Shown: positions 1 to 12,559 of the stretch, in pieces
Numbering within the stretch: the first letter of the stretch is position 1
Layout: every line of letters begins with the position of its first letter
Assembly (NCBI GenBank): GCA_964016885.1
Contig: OZ024741.1
Span: 174,282,001 to 174,346,000 of the forward strand
Direction of reading: 5' to 3'
Source: Eledone cirrhosa
Lineage: Eukaryota
DNA: 64,000 nucleotides
The notes under the pieces: generated by a model
Told to the model about the DNA's origin: nothing
What the model saw: only the letters and a program-made list of their open reading frames with translations
Database searches by the model: none
Made by a program: the position numbers and the translations under genes

Positions 1-186
1 TCATTAACAGTAGGAGGGAGAACATCATCAATGAGTTGTGAAGGGTTAATGCCAGGGATCAAATCATTGTTAGTTTCTTGTTTGGAGATCTGTTGGATAG
101 TGTCCTGGAGTTCAGCAAGGTACATTTCATCAGGAACAGCTACATTGTCAGCCATATTGAATTTTGAATTTGTTGGTTTTGCTTTA
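1..186 (-). CDS. TEX9: TEX9-like coding exon (continues beyond window start)
   Basis: Acceptor tatatctttcag at 187-188. Reads (I)KAKPTNSKFNMADNVAVPDEMYLAELQDTIQQISKQETNNDLIPGINPSQLIDDVLPPTVN. Phase 2 matches the exon ending at 1498. Resembles recalled human TEX9 TADDVAIPED...IDDIF. Confidence 0.8.
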
Positions 187-552
187 CTGAAAGATATAGT
201 TTAATAACTTTAGTGACAAAAAAAACTCCTTTTCTCTTTTTTCCTCTCCCCATTTCTCCTTCCCTCTCCCCCATTTCTCTCAGACCCATCAACCTCTTTC
301 ATCTCTTCCTTTCTCCCTTTCTCACACCCTCCAACCTCTTTCTGTCCCTCTCTCTCCCCCTCTCTTTATACCTCTCTCTGATGTTAGAATTATACATGCC
401 CAACAAAAACAAGTTATTTTCTGTTGTCTTGGAAGTGGGACCTATTCTTGGGTATATTTGAGGTACTGATTTCAAAAATGGCATCATATTTGCCCAATTT
501 ATTTTTAAGAAAGGTAGTAAGTTATTGTTGTTATTATTATTTAGCCCCTGAA

Positions 553-1000
553 TGGCAGTGGATTGGCAGTATCGGTAGAGCATTGGACAACATGCACTGC
601 AGCATAGAGTTTCGTCACTTTACTTTCTGAGTCCCAACGAGGTTAGCTTTGCCTTTCCTCACAGGGTCGATAGAATAAAGTGCCAGTAATGCACTGGGGT
701 CGATTTAATCGAATTTTCCCCTTCCCCAAATTGTTGGTATTGTGCCTAATTCAGAAACCACTATTTAGCCCGTGAGTAGAGTGAGGAGTTGGCAGAATTG
801 TTAGAACATTGGACAAACTGCTTTGTAGCACTTAGTTTCTGCCCTTTACTTTTTGAGGTCAAATATCACAGAGGTCAGTTTTGCCTTTCATCCTTCCAAG
901 GTCAATAAAAAATAAAGTACCAGTCATGTACTGGAGTCAATATAATTGACTTTTCCCTTCCCCCAAATTGCAGCCCTTGTGCCAATATTAAAACAAAATA
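553..1000 (+). mobile_element. Two tandem copies of tRNA-headed SINE family A
   Basis: Head TGGCAGxATCGGTAGAGC, core CTTTGCCTTTCATCC..GGTCGATAAAATAAAGTACCAG, tail GGCCTTGTGCCTAAA-TAGAAAC; units ~553-762 and ~781-1000. Confidence 0.75.
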
Positions 1001-1497
1001 TTAGGCCCCTGATTAGCTAACATCAAACATGACATATGATCAAAGCATTCTATACAATCATAGTTATCCCATCTTATTTTCATAGATACAGAACTACATT
1101 ATCAGATGTATCCTTCGGGGTTTTTTAAGGTAAGTGTAAATGACCAAATGGAGGCTCTCTCATCAACTCTTCATATCCTGTTATGATTTAGCAGAAAATA
1201 TCTAAAAACAGATTTGTAAATTCTAATGTGGACAAATTATTGTGAAGGTTTACAGTATTAGAGTAAAGACTTAAGTATGTAATGTGATATGATGAGAGTA
1301 CTGTTTTGTACTTTTCAAGAATGTCTTGCTAATGTGGTTTCATGAGGTACAGGATGATAAGAGTTAACTCATTGTCAAGTAGAGCATTGGATGAACCACA
1401 TTTAGTTCCATTCTTTTACAGTCTGACTTTAATTACTCTTGGGTTCTTCATTGCTATTTCACTATAATGGAATAAAATTGAAAACAAAACCACTTAC

Positions 1498-1599
1498 ATG
1501 GATGAGGTTTTATGTTTTGTAGACTTCTGTTGCTTTGGAGAAATGTTTGGTCTTACTGGAGTGGTCAACTGGTCAAGAGAAGAAGTAGAAACTGATTGA
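1498..1599 (-). CDS. TEX9: TEX9-like coding exon (acceptor ambiguous: 1599 or 1613)
   Basis: Donor gtaagt at 1497. Reads QSVSTSSLDQLTTPVRPNISPKQQKSTKHKTSS, ending AT, which joins the T of the next exon. The cag acceptor gives phase 2; an aag acceptor at 1614-1615 gives phase 0. Confidence 0.7.
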
Positions 1600-2114
1600 C
1601 TGCAGTGGATATACTTTAGCATATAATTTAAACCTTTCATTACCAAATTTCAATTATTTAATGAAGAATTTTAAAGGATTCACCAAAAATATTAATCACT
1701 AGAATTTTTTTCAACATGCTGCCGCGTATGTGTATATGTGTGTGTATGTGTGTGTGCATATGCATACATTTATATGTATGAATATATAAATATAAACGTG
1801 CAAACACAGACACACTTACAAAAATATACACTCGTAGACATATATTCACACAAATACACATACATTCACACAAACACACACATACATTTACGCAAACATA
1901 CACATACACTCACACACAGCATAGCAAATGGAACTCCAGCCACTGTTTTGCTATAGGTTTTCACCATCCCCTTCCTTCCTTTTACACACATATACATTCA
2001 CACAAACACACTGTATGACAGACAGATGTTGCTCAAATTTATATATAGATTTCATTACTGATAGTAACTTAACAAATGTTTCTCATATAAAATTGTTAGA
2101 TTTAAATTTAAATA

Positions 2115-2342
2115 GGACCCCTTTAACATTCACATTACTCTATATATACTATTATATTTTCATGGTAAATACTTTATCTCACATAATTATCTCACATAAT
2201 ATCGAATCTATGAGATTTTGAAAGTATTTATTTTGAGAACAATACGTTAACATCAGTTTGAGTGACCAGTTACAGCCATTTTCAACAGAAAAAGGTAGAG
2301 AATTCTGGCTGGTTTTGGCCGGTTTGAACATTAAAGGGTTAA
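2115..2342. mobile_element. Possible piggyBac-like MITE remnant
   Basis: Left end CCCTTTAACATTCA and right end TGAACATTAAAGGG-TTAA are inverted; degenerate. Confidence 0.35.
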
Positions 2343-2559
2343 AATGGGTGATTTTGTTTCAGAAAACCAGGGACAGTTTCAGAAGATTTGGTATCAAAAG
2401 GCTTAAATAGGAATCCTTTAAAATGGAAGAGGCTTTGATTCTATGAAACTAGTTTTGGCTGGGTTGACATCAAAAGGATTACATAATGAATAATAATAGT
2501 ATATTGATAGACACAGAACTTTCTCTATCTCATACCAGTTATATTTTAGGTCAGACTGT

Positions 2560-4812
2560 CCTCTTAGATGAGTCACTGCCACTCATTATGACTGCCTAAT
2601 GAATCACTCTCGTTTACCATAACCCTCTGGAGTTAAATGGGTCACTCACACTCACCATGACATACAATCTGAGGTGAGAGGAGTTACTCTCACTCACTAT
2701 AACTGTCTGAGGTTGGGTGAGTCTCACTCCCCATAACTATGAAATAAGAGTGGATACTCTCACTCACCATAACTGTCTAAGGTGAGAGGGATCACTCTCA
2801 CTCACCATAACTATGTGAGGTGAAACGGATCACTCTCATTCACCATAACTGTCTGAGGTGAAAGGGATCACTCTCACTCCCCATAACTGTCTGAGGTAAA
2901 AGGGATCACTCACACTCAGCATAACTGTCTGATGTGAAAGGGATCACTCTCACTCACCATAACTGTCTGAGGTGAGAGGGCTCACTCTCACTCCCCATAA
3001 CTGTCTGAGGTGAAAGGGCTCACTCTCACTCACCATAACTGTCTGAGGTGAGAGGGCTCACTCCCACACAGCATAACTATCTGAGGTTAAATAAGTCATT
3101 CCTGAACAGCATAACGATCTGTAGTTAGGGCCTTCACTAACACTCACTATGACATACTGTCTGAGGTTAGATAAGTCACTCTTACTCCCCATAACTGTTA
3201 GAGGTTAGACGAGTCACTCTTCATTACCATTTAATGGAGGGGGCAAAGGAGGCAATAGCCTGAGGACTCCTACAGTGGGGGGTCCCACCAGTGATGGCCG
3301 TAGCAATTTATCTGTGCCCTCAGCTGGGCTTTTTAGTTTCAGGATGGTTAACATTTGTTTATTTAATACCTGTATGTATATCTTTTCAATTTCAATTACT
3401 TGCGCCAAGATAACTTTGATATGTGAAATTGGGGGTTTGCTGTGTGTTCTAATTTTTTTGTGTATCAGGGGATCTCCCAAGGTCTAAATCCATCCCTGCT
3501 CACCATATCTGTCTGAGGTTAGATAAGTCACTCTCACTCACCATAACATATTCTCTGAGGTTAGAGGAATCACTCTCACTTACAATGAAATATTGTCTGA
3601 GGTTAGAGGAATCACTTTCACTCACTATAACATACTGTCTGAGGTGAGATGGGTCACTCTAACTCACTATAAAATACTGTCTGAGGTTAGATAAGTCACT
3701 CTCACTCACCATGAAATACTGTCTGAGGTTAGAAGAATCACTCTCACTCACTATAACTGTCTAAGATTAGATGGGTCACCCTTACTCAGTATAACATACT
3801 GTCTGATGTGAGATGGGTCACTCTCACTCACTATAACATACTGTCTGAGGTTAGATAAGTCACTCTCACTCACCATAAAATACTCTCTGAGGTTAGAGGA
3901 ATCACTCTCACTCACTATAACTGTCTGTGATTATATGGATCACTCTCACTCACCAAATCTGTCTTAGGTTAGATAAGTCACTCTCACTCACTATAATATA
4001 CTGTCTCAGGTTAGATAAGTCACTCTCACTCACTATAACATACTGTCTCAGGTTAGATAAGTCACTCTCCCTCACCATGAAATACTGTCTGAGGTTAGAT
4101 AAGTTTCTCTCACTCACTATAACTGTCTGAGATTAGATGGGTCACTCTCACTCACGATATCTGTCTGAGGTGAGATGAGTCACTTTCACTCACTATAACG
4201 TAGTGTCTGAGGTGAAATGGGTCACTCTCACTCACTATAACATACTGTCTGAGGTTAGATAAGTCACTTTCACTCACCATGAAATACTGTCTGAGGTTAG
4301 AGGAATCACTCTCACTCACTATAACTATCTGAGATTATATGGGTCACTCTCACTCACCATATCTGTCTGAGGTTAGATAAGTCACTCTCACTCACTATAA
4401 TATACTGTCTGAGGTTAGATGTCACTCTCACTCACCATGAAATACTGTCTGAGGTTAGAGGAATCACTCTCACTCACTATAACTGTCTGAGATTAGATGG
4501 GTCACTCTCACTCACCATATCTGTCTGAGGTGAGAGGAGTCACTTTCACTCACTATAACGTAGTGTCTGAGGTTAGATAAGTCACTCTCACTCACTATAA
4601 CATACTGTCTGAGGTTAGAGGAATCACTCTCACTCACCATGAAATACTGTCTGAGGTTAGAGGAATCACTGTCACTCACTATAACTGTCTGAGATTAGAT
4701 GGGTCGCTCTCACTCACCATATCTCTCTGAGGTGAGATGAGTCACTTTCACTCACTATAACATACTGTCTTAGGTTAGATAAGTCACTCTCACTCACCAT
4801 GAGGTTAGATGA
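2560..4812 (+). repeat. Minisatellite, 38-41 bp unit (CTGTCTGAGGTTAGATAAGTCACTCTCACTCACTATAACATA)
   Basis: Roughly 50 tandem copies; interrupted at ~3221-3498. Confidence 0.95.
3221..3498. mobile_element. Non-autonomous DNA-transposon-like insertion in the minisatellite
   Basis: Unrelated sequence splits a repeat unit. Right end GTCTAAATCCATCCCTG (rc CAGGGATGGATTTAGAC) looks like a hAT-type terminus; left end degenerate. Confidence 0.45.
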
Positions 4813-4966
4813 GTCTTTATTTAGGCATTGTCTTATGGCCAGAGGTCCTTCTAGGAGGACAAAATCCTTTAAATCACCTCTTATGATACATAGGATATGG
4901 TGTACCTATTCTAAACACACAGGAAAATAAAATAAGTGAAAATGATGAAGAAAATTCAAATTTTAC

Positions 4967-5042
4967 CTTTGAATTAGATATTCTGGAAGATAGACCATCA
5001 TCACCAATATCACGAAGAAAATCATCATCATCATCAAAGTCT
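4967..5042 (-). CDS. TEX9: TEX9-like coding exon
   Basis: aataacag acceptor, gtaaaa donor, 76 nt. Reads (Q)DFDDDDDFLRDIGDDGLSSRISNSK; phase matches the upstream exon. Confidence 0.8.
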
Positions 5043-5844
5043 CTGTTATTAAATTAAAAAAAGATATACATGAGATTTATTTTAGAGGTTGGATAGAAGA
5101 CATGTAAAATAACAATGGTTAGAAGAAGAAATTGATGAAATGATGAAAGGTGAAAACATCGAAATGTATGTAGGATGCAGACATGAAGATATCAAGGCAA
5201 ACACAGAATAATGAAGAGGGGAAGATTTTAGAATATACTAGACCACCCATGATCTGTTGGGTCATCATGTTCACATCAAAATATTTTTTGAAATCATATT
5301 CACTTCAAAATAATTTTTAAATAATTAAGATATACACAGACATGTATATGTGAAATGAAACTGGAAGGCCCATATATATACGTGTGTGTATGTATATAGA
5401 TAAATGTGTGTGTATGTATATATGTATGTGTGTGTATACATATATGTGGGTGTCTGGGATCACACACATATATATATATACACACACACACACTCACATA
5501 TATACACACAACAACAACACCAGCTCTCTCTTTCTCTTTTCCATTCTCCTTCTCTGTCTCCTCTCCCTGTCTCTATGTCTTTCTTTCAATCTACTCTCTC
5601 ACAACCACTATCTCTTTCTCTCTGTTTATGAAGGTACTCAGAAAACCCCATATCTCAGGAATCCATGCTCTGATTTACTCAAAACTTGTTTTATTCCATT
5701 TGTATTCCCATTTCAGGGTTAACTTCCTTTCAACGTATTTTCCAATTATACACCCTTTTGGCTGTATTACATTACAGACAAACAAGCAAGCAAGCAATCA
5801 GAGAGTTTTGGTAATATATAAATACATGATACAGTGAGAATATA

Positions 5845-6025
5845 TTAAAACATGTCTCTTTTCCTACTTATCAACATTTTGGTTTTTGTTAAGTTTATTC
5901 TCAGCTCTTTTGATTCTAACTTCTGTTTCCACAGTCTGAATTTGTTCCCTAGTTCTTCTGCTGATTCAGCCATAAGAACTAGATCATCAGCATACAGAAG
6001 TTCCCATGGACAACGTGTCTTAAAC
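5845..6025 (-). mobile_element. RTE LINE reverse transcriptase fragment
   Basis: EFKTRCPWELLYADDLVLMAES...INLTKTKMLIS; same family as 47531-50750. Confidence 0.85.
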
Positions 6026-6439
6026 TCAAAACATATATACAGAATGTAGTTAGATATCAAGACATATATATCAGGATGTAGTGAGTCACCAAGACATATA
6101 TCAGGATGTAGTGAGATATCGACATATATCCAGGGCATAGGGGAGAAGATATCATGTTATATACAGGATGTATAGAAGATATCAAGGTATATAAAGGATG
6201 TAGAGGGGAGAAGAATATAGCAAGGTGTATACACAAGGGGACGGGAAGACATTAAAACAGATACAGGATATAGGGGTGAAGAAAATAAAGACATAAAATA
6301 GAAGAGAAAAAAATATATATATACACAGGGTGTTAGATGAAAATATTAAAACATATATACAAGATATAAGAGTGAAAATATCATATATACAGAGTATACA
6401 TGCATGCCCTCATGCGCTGCAAGCAGCATGTTGAGCTGG

Positions 6440-6650
6440 TGCTTATCTTGTTTCCATGGCATGAATTGACTGAGAGTACATGACTTCCCCCTAGGCAGGA
6501 GACCAGTCCATCACAGGGTTAAACCCCCAGCTATTGCTGGTACTCATTTTCAGCTCAGTATACTGGAGCAATGTGAAATGAAGTGTTTTGCTCAAGAACA
6601 CATTATGATCGTAAGTCCAATACCCTTACCACTAAGCCACGCCATTTCAC
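6440..6650 (-). mobile_element. SINE family B-type 5' part (tRNA-like head plus core)
   Basis: rc GGCGTGGCTTAGTGGTAAGGGTA...TCTTGAGCAAAACACTTCATTTCACATTGCTCCAG; related copies at ~56760-56890(+) and ~57760-57970(-). Confidence 0.7.
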
Positions 6651-6818
6651 TATATACAGGATATAGGGGTGAAGATATTTAAAAAATCTACACACAGGAT
6701 ATAGAGAAGAAGATATGAAGACATATATATTCAGGATAGCGGGGAGTAATACTGACATGGGGCTAAACAACAATGACAAAGACAGCAACAACATCTAACA
6801 ACAACAACAAAAACTTAC

Positions 6819-6925
6819 TGTAGAAATTCATCAGGATTTATATGGTCCAGCAGGTGACTTGAGATGTCGGGTGTCTGGCTAAAATAAGTGTCCGTACCAG
6901 CTGTAATATCAACAGGTTGGTCTTT
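6819..6925 (-). CDS. TEX9: TEX9-like coding exon
   Basis: ttttcctcag acceptor, gtaagt donor, 107 nt. Reads KDQPVDITAGTDTYFSQTPDISSHLLDHINPDEFL; phase 0 to 2. Confidence 0.85.
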
Positions 6926-7077
6926 CTGAGGAAAAAGAAAAAAAAAATTGTCATTTAATTTTAGTGAGGTTTTAGTCAACCATAAAAAACGAACAAACAG
7001 GAAACATGGGATCTGTAAGATGCAGCATAGGTAGCATGCCTAGGAGGGCTGTACTTATGTGACTACATATTATTATT

Positions 7078-7262
7078 TGGTGAATTGACAGTATCGGTAG
7101 AGGGTCGGACATGCTTTCCAGCATAGTTACGTCCCTTTACGATCTGAGTTCAAATCCGGCCGAGGTTAACTTTGCCTTTCATCCTTACGGGGTCAATAAA
7201 ATAAAGTACCAGTAATGTAGTGGGTTATTGCTGGCTTTGTGCCTAAAATAGAAACAATTATT
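7078..7262 (+). mobile_element. SINE family A copy
   Basis: B-box-like GAGTTCAAATCC plus family core. Other copies: 13808-13987(-), 41967-42150(-), 46795-46897(+). Confidence 0.75.
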
Positions 7263-7413
7263 TAAGTAGTTGGATGTGATATAATTTTATTAAAATAATC
7301 AAATATTAGCGATCCAAGACTAATATGTAATACATACTATGAAACATGTGTAAATGCCATGCAATGAATGTTATTCCCACTCTTCTGGATTGTGATGTTT
7401 TAAATAATTTTTG

Positions 7414-7452
<39 letters not shown>

Positions 7453-7496
7453 AACAAGGAGAGAAGAATACTGCATGGTTGCACATGGATTACATA

Positions 7497-7584
7497 TTAT
7501 AAACTTAGTCCCTCATCAGTGATTTGCCAACCATGCGATGAAATACCAATGATGGTTGGCAAATCACTGATGAGGGACTAATTT

Positions 7585-7590
<6 letters not shown>
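7497..7590. repeat. Inverted repeat (fold-back) between (TA)n runs
   Basis: TTAGTCCCTCATCAGTGATTTGCCAACCAT ... ATGGTTGGCAAATCACTGATGAGGGACTAA, 30 bp perfect arms. Confidence 0.9.
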
Positions 7591-7625
<35 letters not shown>

Positions 7626-8461
7626 TATATACACACACACACTCACTCACACACACATATACCATCTAACCCATGCTAGTGTGGAAAATGGACATTAAAT
7701 GATGATGATGATATTTACTCTGATTTATCAGTTTGTTAAGCAGGTTATGGTTTGGATTAGGTTAATCAGTGATTCTAGGTTTTAGTTTTGGTCAGTTTAG
7801 GTTCTGGTTATTGAGCTAGTGGTTTATTTTGGTGGATGTCTGTATAGCGGATCAGGTTCATTGGGGTTATAGAGTCAGGGAGTATATCTGGTCGGTACAC
7901 TGATTATGTGTCGATGCATAGCCAGTTATGTAATGGGCTCATATTCACTACAGATTATTATAGAAACAATGTAATACAATGGTTGCAGCCTGATGTCCAT
8001 CACCCCCATACCAGTAACTGGTGCAAGTTGGTGGTTGTTGAGCCAGAAGGAGGACATGGCGTGAAGAACATGTGAAATTTTAGGTGTGCAGTATGGGTCT
8101 GAAAAACAGAGTTGACTATATGTTATGATTTGCTTGAGTTCATGGACAGCTTTGGTTTGTTCTAGATGTATCTATGTTCAAGTTTAGACAATTGAAAGTC
8201 TTAGTTACATACATCCTCCTCCTCATCATCATCATTTTACATCCATTTTTCCATGCTTGCATGGGTTGGATGGGTCTTTTCCAGAATAACATCTCCATAA
8301 TTATTGCAGTGAGAAGATTCTTCAGTCCTGTGAGACAGCCTCTCTAAGGCTGGAGGCATAATAAAATACACCCAGCCCACACCATAAAGTGGTTATTGGT
8401 AGGAAAAGCATCGAGCCAGAAAAGCTCCACTAAAGACTATATAGAATCATATATATATATA

Positions 8462-8716
8462 TCATCATCATCATCATCATCCACTTTTCCATGCTGGCAT
8501 GGGTTAATCGAATTATCCTTTTGTGAGTAATGCCAGGTCAGATAACCATGTCATGCTCATACAGAACCAATTTGGGCCTGGTTTCTACAGCAGGATGCCT
8601 GTCCTAGTGCCAACTGGGTGCTTTTTGTCGTGACACCTACATAACCACTTTGCAGTGTGGACTGGGTGCTTTTTGTTGCGACACCTAGATGACCACTTTA
8701 CAGTGTGGGCTGGGCG
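8462..8716 (-). mobile_element. 5'-truncated SINE family B copy with (ATG)n tail
   Basis: AGGAAGGGCATCCAGC-type motif, ~41 bp internal repeat, CCCATGCxAGCATGGAAAA..(ATG)n tail. Further copies near 9430, 14085, 27250, 29910, 39790, 43270, 50757, 54820, 59290, 60120, 60300, 62580. Confidence 0.75.
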
Positions 8717-8957
8717 CTTATATATATAATTTAAATTAAATCTGCCTTCCTAACAACATCTCATCTCCGACCGATCCTTTAAGACCTTCACAGGGATACT
8801 CCCGTGATAATGGGTTTTTCAACCCAAAAAATTTGGTAAGGTAAAATTCTATCATTATCTTGGCACCTTTAATTTTCTAATGCAATGTATGGCTTTTAAA
8901 ATTATTTAAATTTATATTTCCTATTCAACAATGCTTCAAGCAAACTACAACACTGTG

Positions 8958-9031
<74 letters not shown>

Positions 9032-9142
9032 CATATATATATGCACAATATATATACACACAAATGCACAAATACACATATATTATATATATTACATTAC
9101 ATATATGTTTGTGTATTTCTGTGTGCATGTATATATATATAT

Positions 9143-9187
<45 letters not shown>

Positions 9188-9304
9188 TATATACAGTTAG
9201 ATAGATAGATTCAATGACAGGAAATGCTTAAGGCATGATGCATGTCACTATGGTGCCACCTATGATTCCATCTGGAATAAAGAATCCAAGAAAAGATTAC
9301 TTAC

Positions 9305-9368
9305 TATTAATTCTTCAGCTTCTCTCACCAAATGAGCAGTTTGTGCCTCTAATTCAGCATTCCGTTCT
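9305..9368 (-). CDS. TEX9: TEX9-like coding exon (N-terminal coiled coil)
   Basis: gtttaccag acceptor, gtaagt donor, 64 nt. Reads (Q)ERNAELEAQTAHLVREAEELI, similar to recalled human TEX9 [21 protein letters not shown]. Confidence 0.85.
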
Positions 9369-9964
9369 CTGGTAAACAAAATGTGATATAGCAGTTACAT
9401 GATATTAAGAAATAACAGATATATTATCATCCTTATCATCATCATCCTCATCATCATCATCACCATTTAACATCAATTTTTCAACTCTAGCATCGGTTAG
9501 ATCAGTTGTCCAGATGTGAGCCAAGCCAGATCAGATGACCATGTCTTGTTCGCATTGGACTGATTTTAGCTTGGCTTCTGTGGCTGGATGCCCTTCCTAA
9601 TATCAACCACATTTACAGTGTGTACTGGGTGCTTTTTGTTGACACCAATTCGACCACTTTACAGTGTGGACTGGGTGCTTTTTGTCATGACACCTACACG
9701 ACCACTTTACAGTGTGGCACCAGAAATGACCACTTTACAGTATTCGTGTCACGATAAAATGAACTCAGCAAAGCATGGAATCATATGTTGGGCCCCTGCT
9801 CCACCAGGAGGTCAATGGGTCTGCTTCAATAACTAGTTTTAAAATGGTACTATCCTGATTTTTATACATATACTAGCAGAGGTACCCGGCATTGCCCGGT
9901 ATAACTCTCAATGGAGTAGTCGTTCAAATGAACATCAAGACTTCTGTTAAACACAACTATAGAA

Positions 9965-10350
9965 GTAACAATTTATAGGTGTTGGCCCTAAAGAGGGCCT
10001 TTGAACGTTCACTTTGAAATATCTCTGCGGCGGTGCTGCCAGCAAAGACGAATCCGATGGTAACAATTTAAAGTTGGTGGCCCTAAAGAGGGCCTTGGAT
10101 CATTCACTCTTAAAAGTCTCAGCGGCGGTGCTGCCAGCAAAGATGAATCCGATGATAACAATTTAAAGTTGGTGGCCCTGAAGAGGACCTTTTAACGTTC
10201 ACTTTGAAATATCTCAGCGGTGGTGCTGCCAGCAAAGATGAATCCGATGGTAACAATTTAAACTTGGTGGCCCTGAAGAGGGCCTTGGATCGTTCACTCT
10301 TAAAAGTCCCAGCGGCAGAGCTGTCAGCAAAGACGACTCCGATTAGAGGT
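9965..10350 (+). repeat. 95 bp x4 tandem repeat inside the Helitron
   Basis: Unit starts at 9965, 10060, 10155, 10250. Confidence 0.9.
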
Positions 10351-12559
10351 GGTGGCCTTTAACAAGTCCTTCACACCACTTTGGTGTGTCGTATTTGCTT
10401 TGCATGTTATTTGAGATTGTAACCTAGAAAAGCATGTAACAGTCGGTGGCCACAAAAACGGCCTTGGCAAGATCACGCTGGAATGTGAAAAAAATGTGTA
10501 AATAAAATGTATGGAAAAGTAGATTAATTAGGTTAAAACTACGGAACATTGATAGCAAAGCGTAATAGCAACATATACATGTGGAAAACGGAGACATTGA
10601 AAATTTATAACGTATAGCAAAAGTAACCTCAGAGGCGTACGTGGTATTTTCAAAAGGACAAAAATAGCACACGGATACAGCAAATGTAAGCACTTATACA
10701 TAAATAAAAAGGCAATTACTTGTTGGCGGACGGGGTGCCTACACAATTTCTTATAGACTATATTTTGGGTTTTCTCGCGAGTTGCAAAAGCAAATATCCT
10801 TGGTATGAAGACAGTATCCCCCTTACCACATCCTGTAAGTATTGTTGCCTCAATAACATGAGGCATCACCTTTTGGACGACCAGACGCGTGCCCTTGGAA
10901 AGCCTTCAGGTTTCCAAATTCCCGAGGAGCATGACAGGAGCACCTTTCTTAAGTCGCAGTAATTGTGGTGGCAATCCGGGAGTTAAGAAATTCTGTGGGG
11001 TAATTAACAACTTCGTCCGGATCAACCATAGAGTCAAGGGACTTGTAAACGTGCAGGTTTCCAGGCAAGCACAGTGTAGTCTGAGGAGGGGTCGTAGTTA
11101 AAGGCCTTCAACAACCATCGTGAATTGCAAGTCCTAGAAATGCCACGTAACGATGATCGCCGCTGTTCACTTTGCAGAAGTCGGCCACGTCGTTGCTCTC
11201 TGGTTTCAGTATTTCGTGCAGCAGTAGTGGCAGCGGCACCCCTGCTTTGTCGAACGGCGCGTCGTCCTTCATCCTCTCGAGCGCGAGCAGCGAATGTTGC
11301 AGTGGCATCCCTGCTTCATCGAATGGTGCGTCGTCCTTTTGCGTGCGAGCAGTGGCTGTTGCAGTGGCGTCCCTGCTTCGTCGAACGGCACGTTGTCCTT
11401 CATCCTCTTGAGCACGAGCAGCAGCAGTCGCGGCAGCATCTTTGTTCCGTTGAAGTTCACGCCGACTGTCATCCTCCTCCATTCTTGCAGCTGCCATTTG
11501 CACAGCATTCTGTTAGAGCCTGATCGCAGTCGCATTTACATCTTCAGTCAGACGCCTTCGCTTAGACCTACTTGTATCATTAGATAATCGACCAATGAGA
11601 GTTCTTTTCTTGGGAGGCCTTGTTTTTAGAAAATTAACCAGGGAGAACGATAAATAGTGGACAAATAATGTTTAAGTTAGCAAATCTAAACACGGATATA
11701 AATTGTGAAAAAATGTGATAAATCTATGTGGTCTGAGAAAGTGGGTTTGTTTTGCAAGATTTTGTGTACCAGTCAAATTTCACGTTTTAAGTTAAGGGCA
11801 ATGCAGCGTACGAACTACCTGTGATAAAGGAAATTAAATGGTGTGGTTACAGTGGTAGGTATATAAGTGTCAGTATGTTTGTTCAGTTCGAATATAGCAA
11901 TAAGTAAGTACTAACCATTGAAAGGATACAGGCAAAAATGGCCGAAAAATCACAGCATGATAAACTGGAACCTTATGACCATAAACACATTAACTAAACC
12001 TCCTTTAAGGTGACAAATGTTGAGGAAGCATACGTTTCAGAAACATGGGGTAGCTTATGAGAGTACGCCTGTAAAAAAACCTACCACTTGTCAAAAGCCA
12101 AAAAAGAAGTGTGATCCTAAGTCAGACTTGACCGATATAAATAAGAGTGATTTCGCTCAATGAACAACACTCCAGTTGTCTGATTGGTTAGATAATACAA
12201 ATAAGTGTGATGAAATCTACTGAACACAACTCACTGATGTGTGGTTGGCCAGAGGTCACCATTTCACACTTAATTGAGGTGCAATTAAACGGGGGAGAGA
12301 ACCGGGTGCAAAAACTAATCAATCATTTGCACAGTTTAGGCATGAGTGTGAAATAGCACAATCCACATACAGTAGGCGTTAAAATTTACACCTGGGTTAA
12401 ATTGCGCTTTTTTAGTTAGGAGTGTGAAATGGCGCCAAAGTTCAAGGGAAAAAATTTAACTCCCCATTCCGCACTTAATTGTGGTGCAATTACACGGGGG
12501 AGACAACCAGGTGCAAAATTAAATTCAATCATCCTAAAGTTAACTAAACAAACTAAAGT

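Noticed and set aside
3214-3480. 88 aa ORF as the missing host exon
   Set aside because: Lies in a MITE-like insertion; no convincing splice sites or TEX9 similarity.
2560-4812. CRISPR-like array of hairpin repeats
   Set aside because: Units are contiguous with no unique spacers, there are no cas genes, and the context is a eukaryotic intron.
7078-7160. tRNA gene
   Set aside because: Has A/B-box-like motifs but no cloverleaf; it is a SINE head.
8798-8842. Hammerhead-like GTGATAA-TGGGTT..AACCCA-AAAA
   Set aside because: Both core boxes are mutated. Similar near-misses at ~55711, ~58022 and ~63687 also lack a complete core or stem I.
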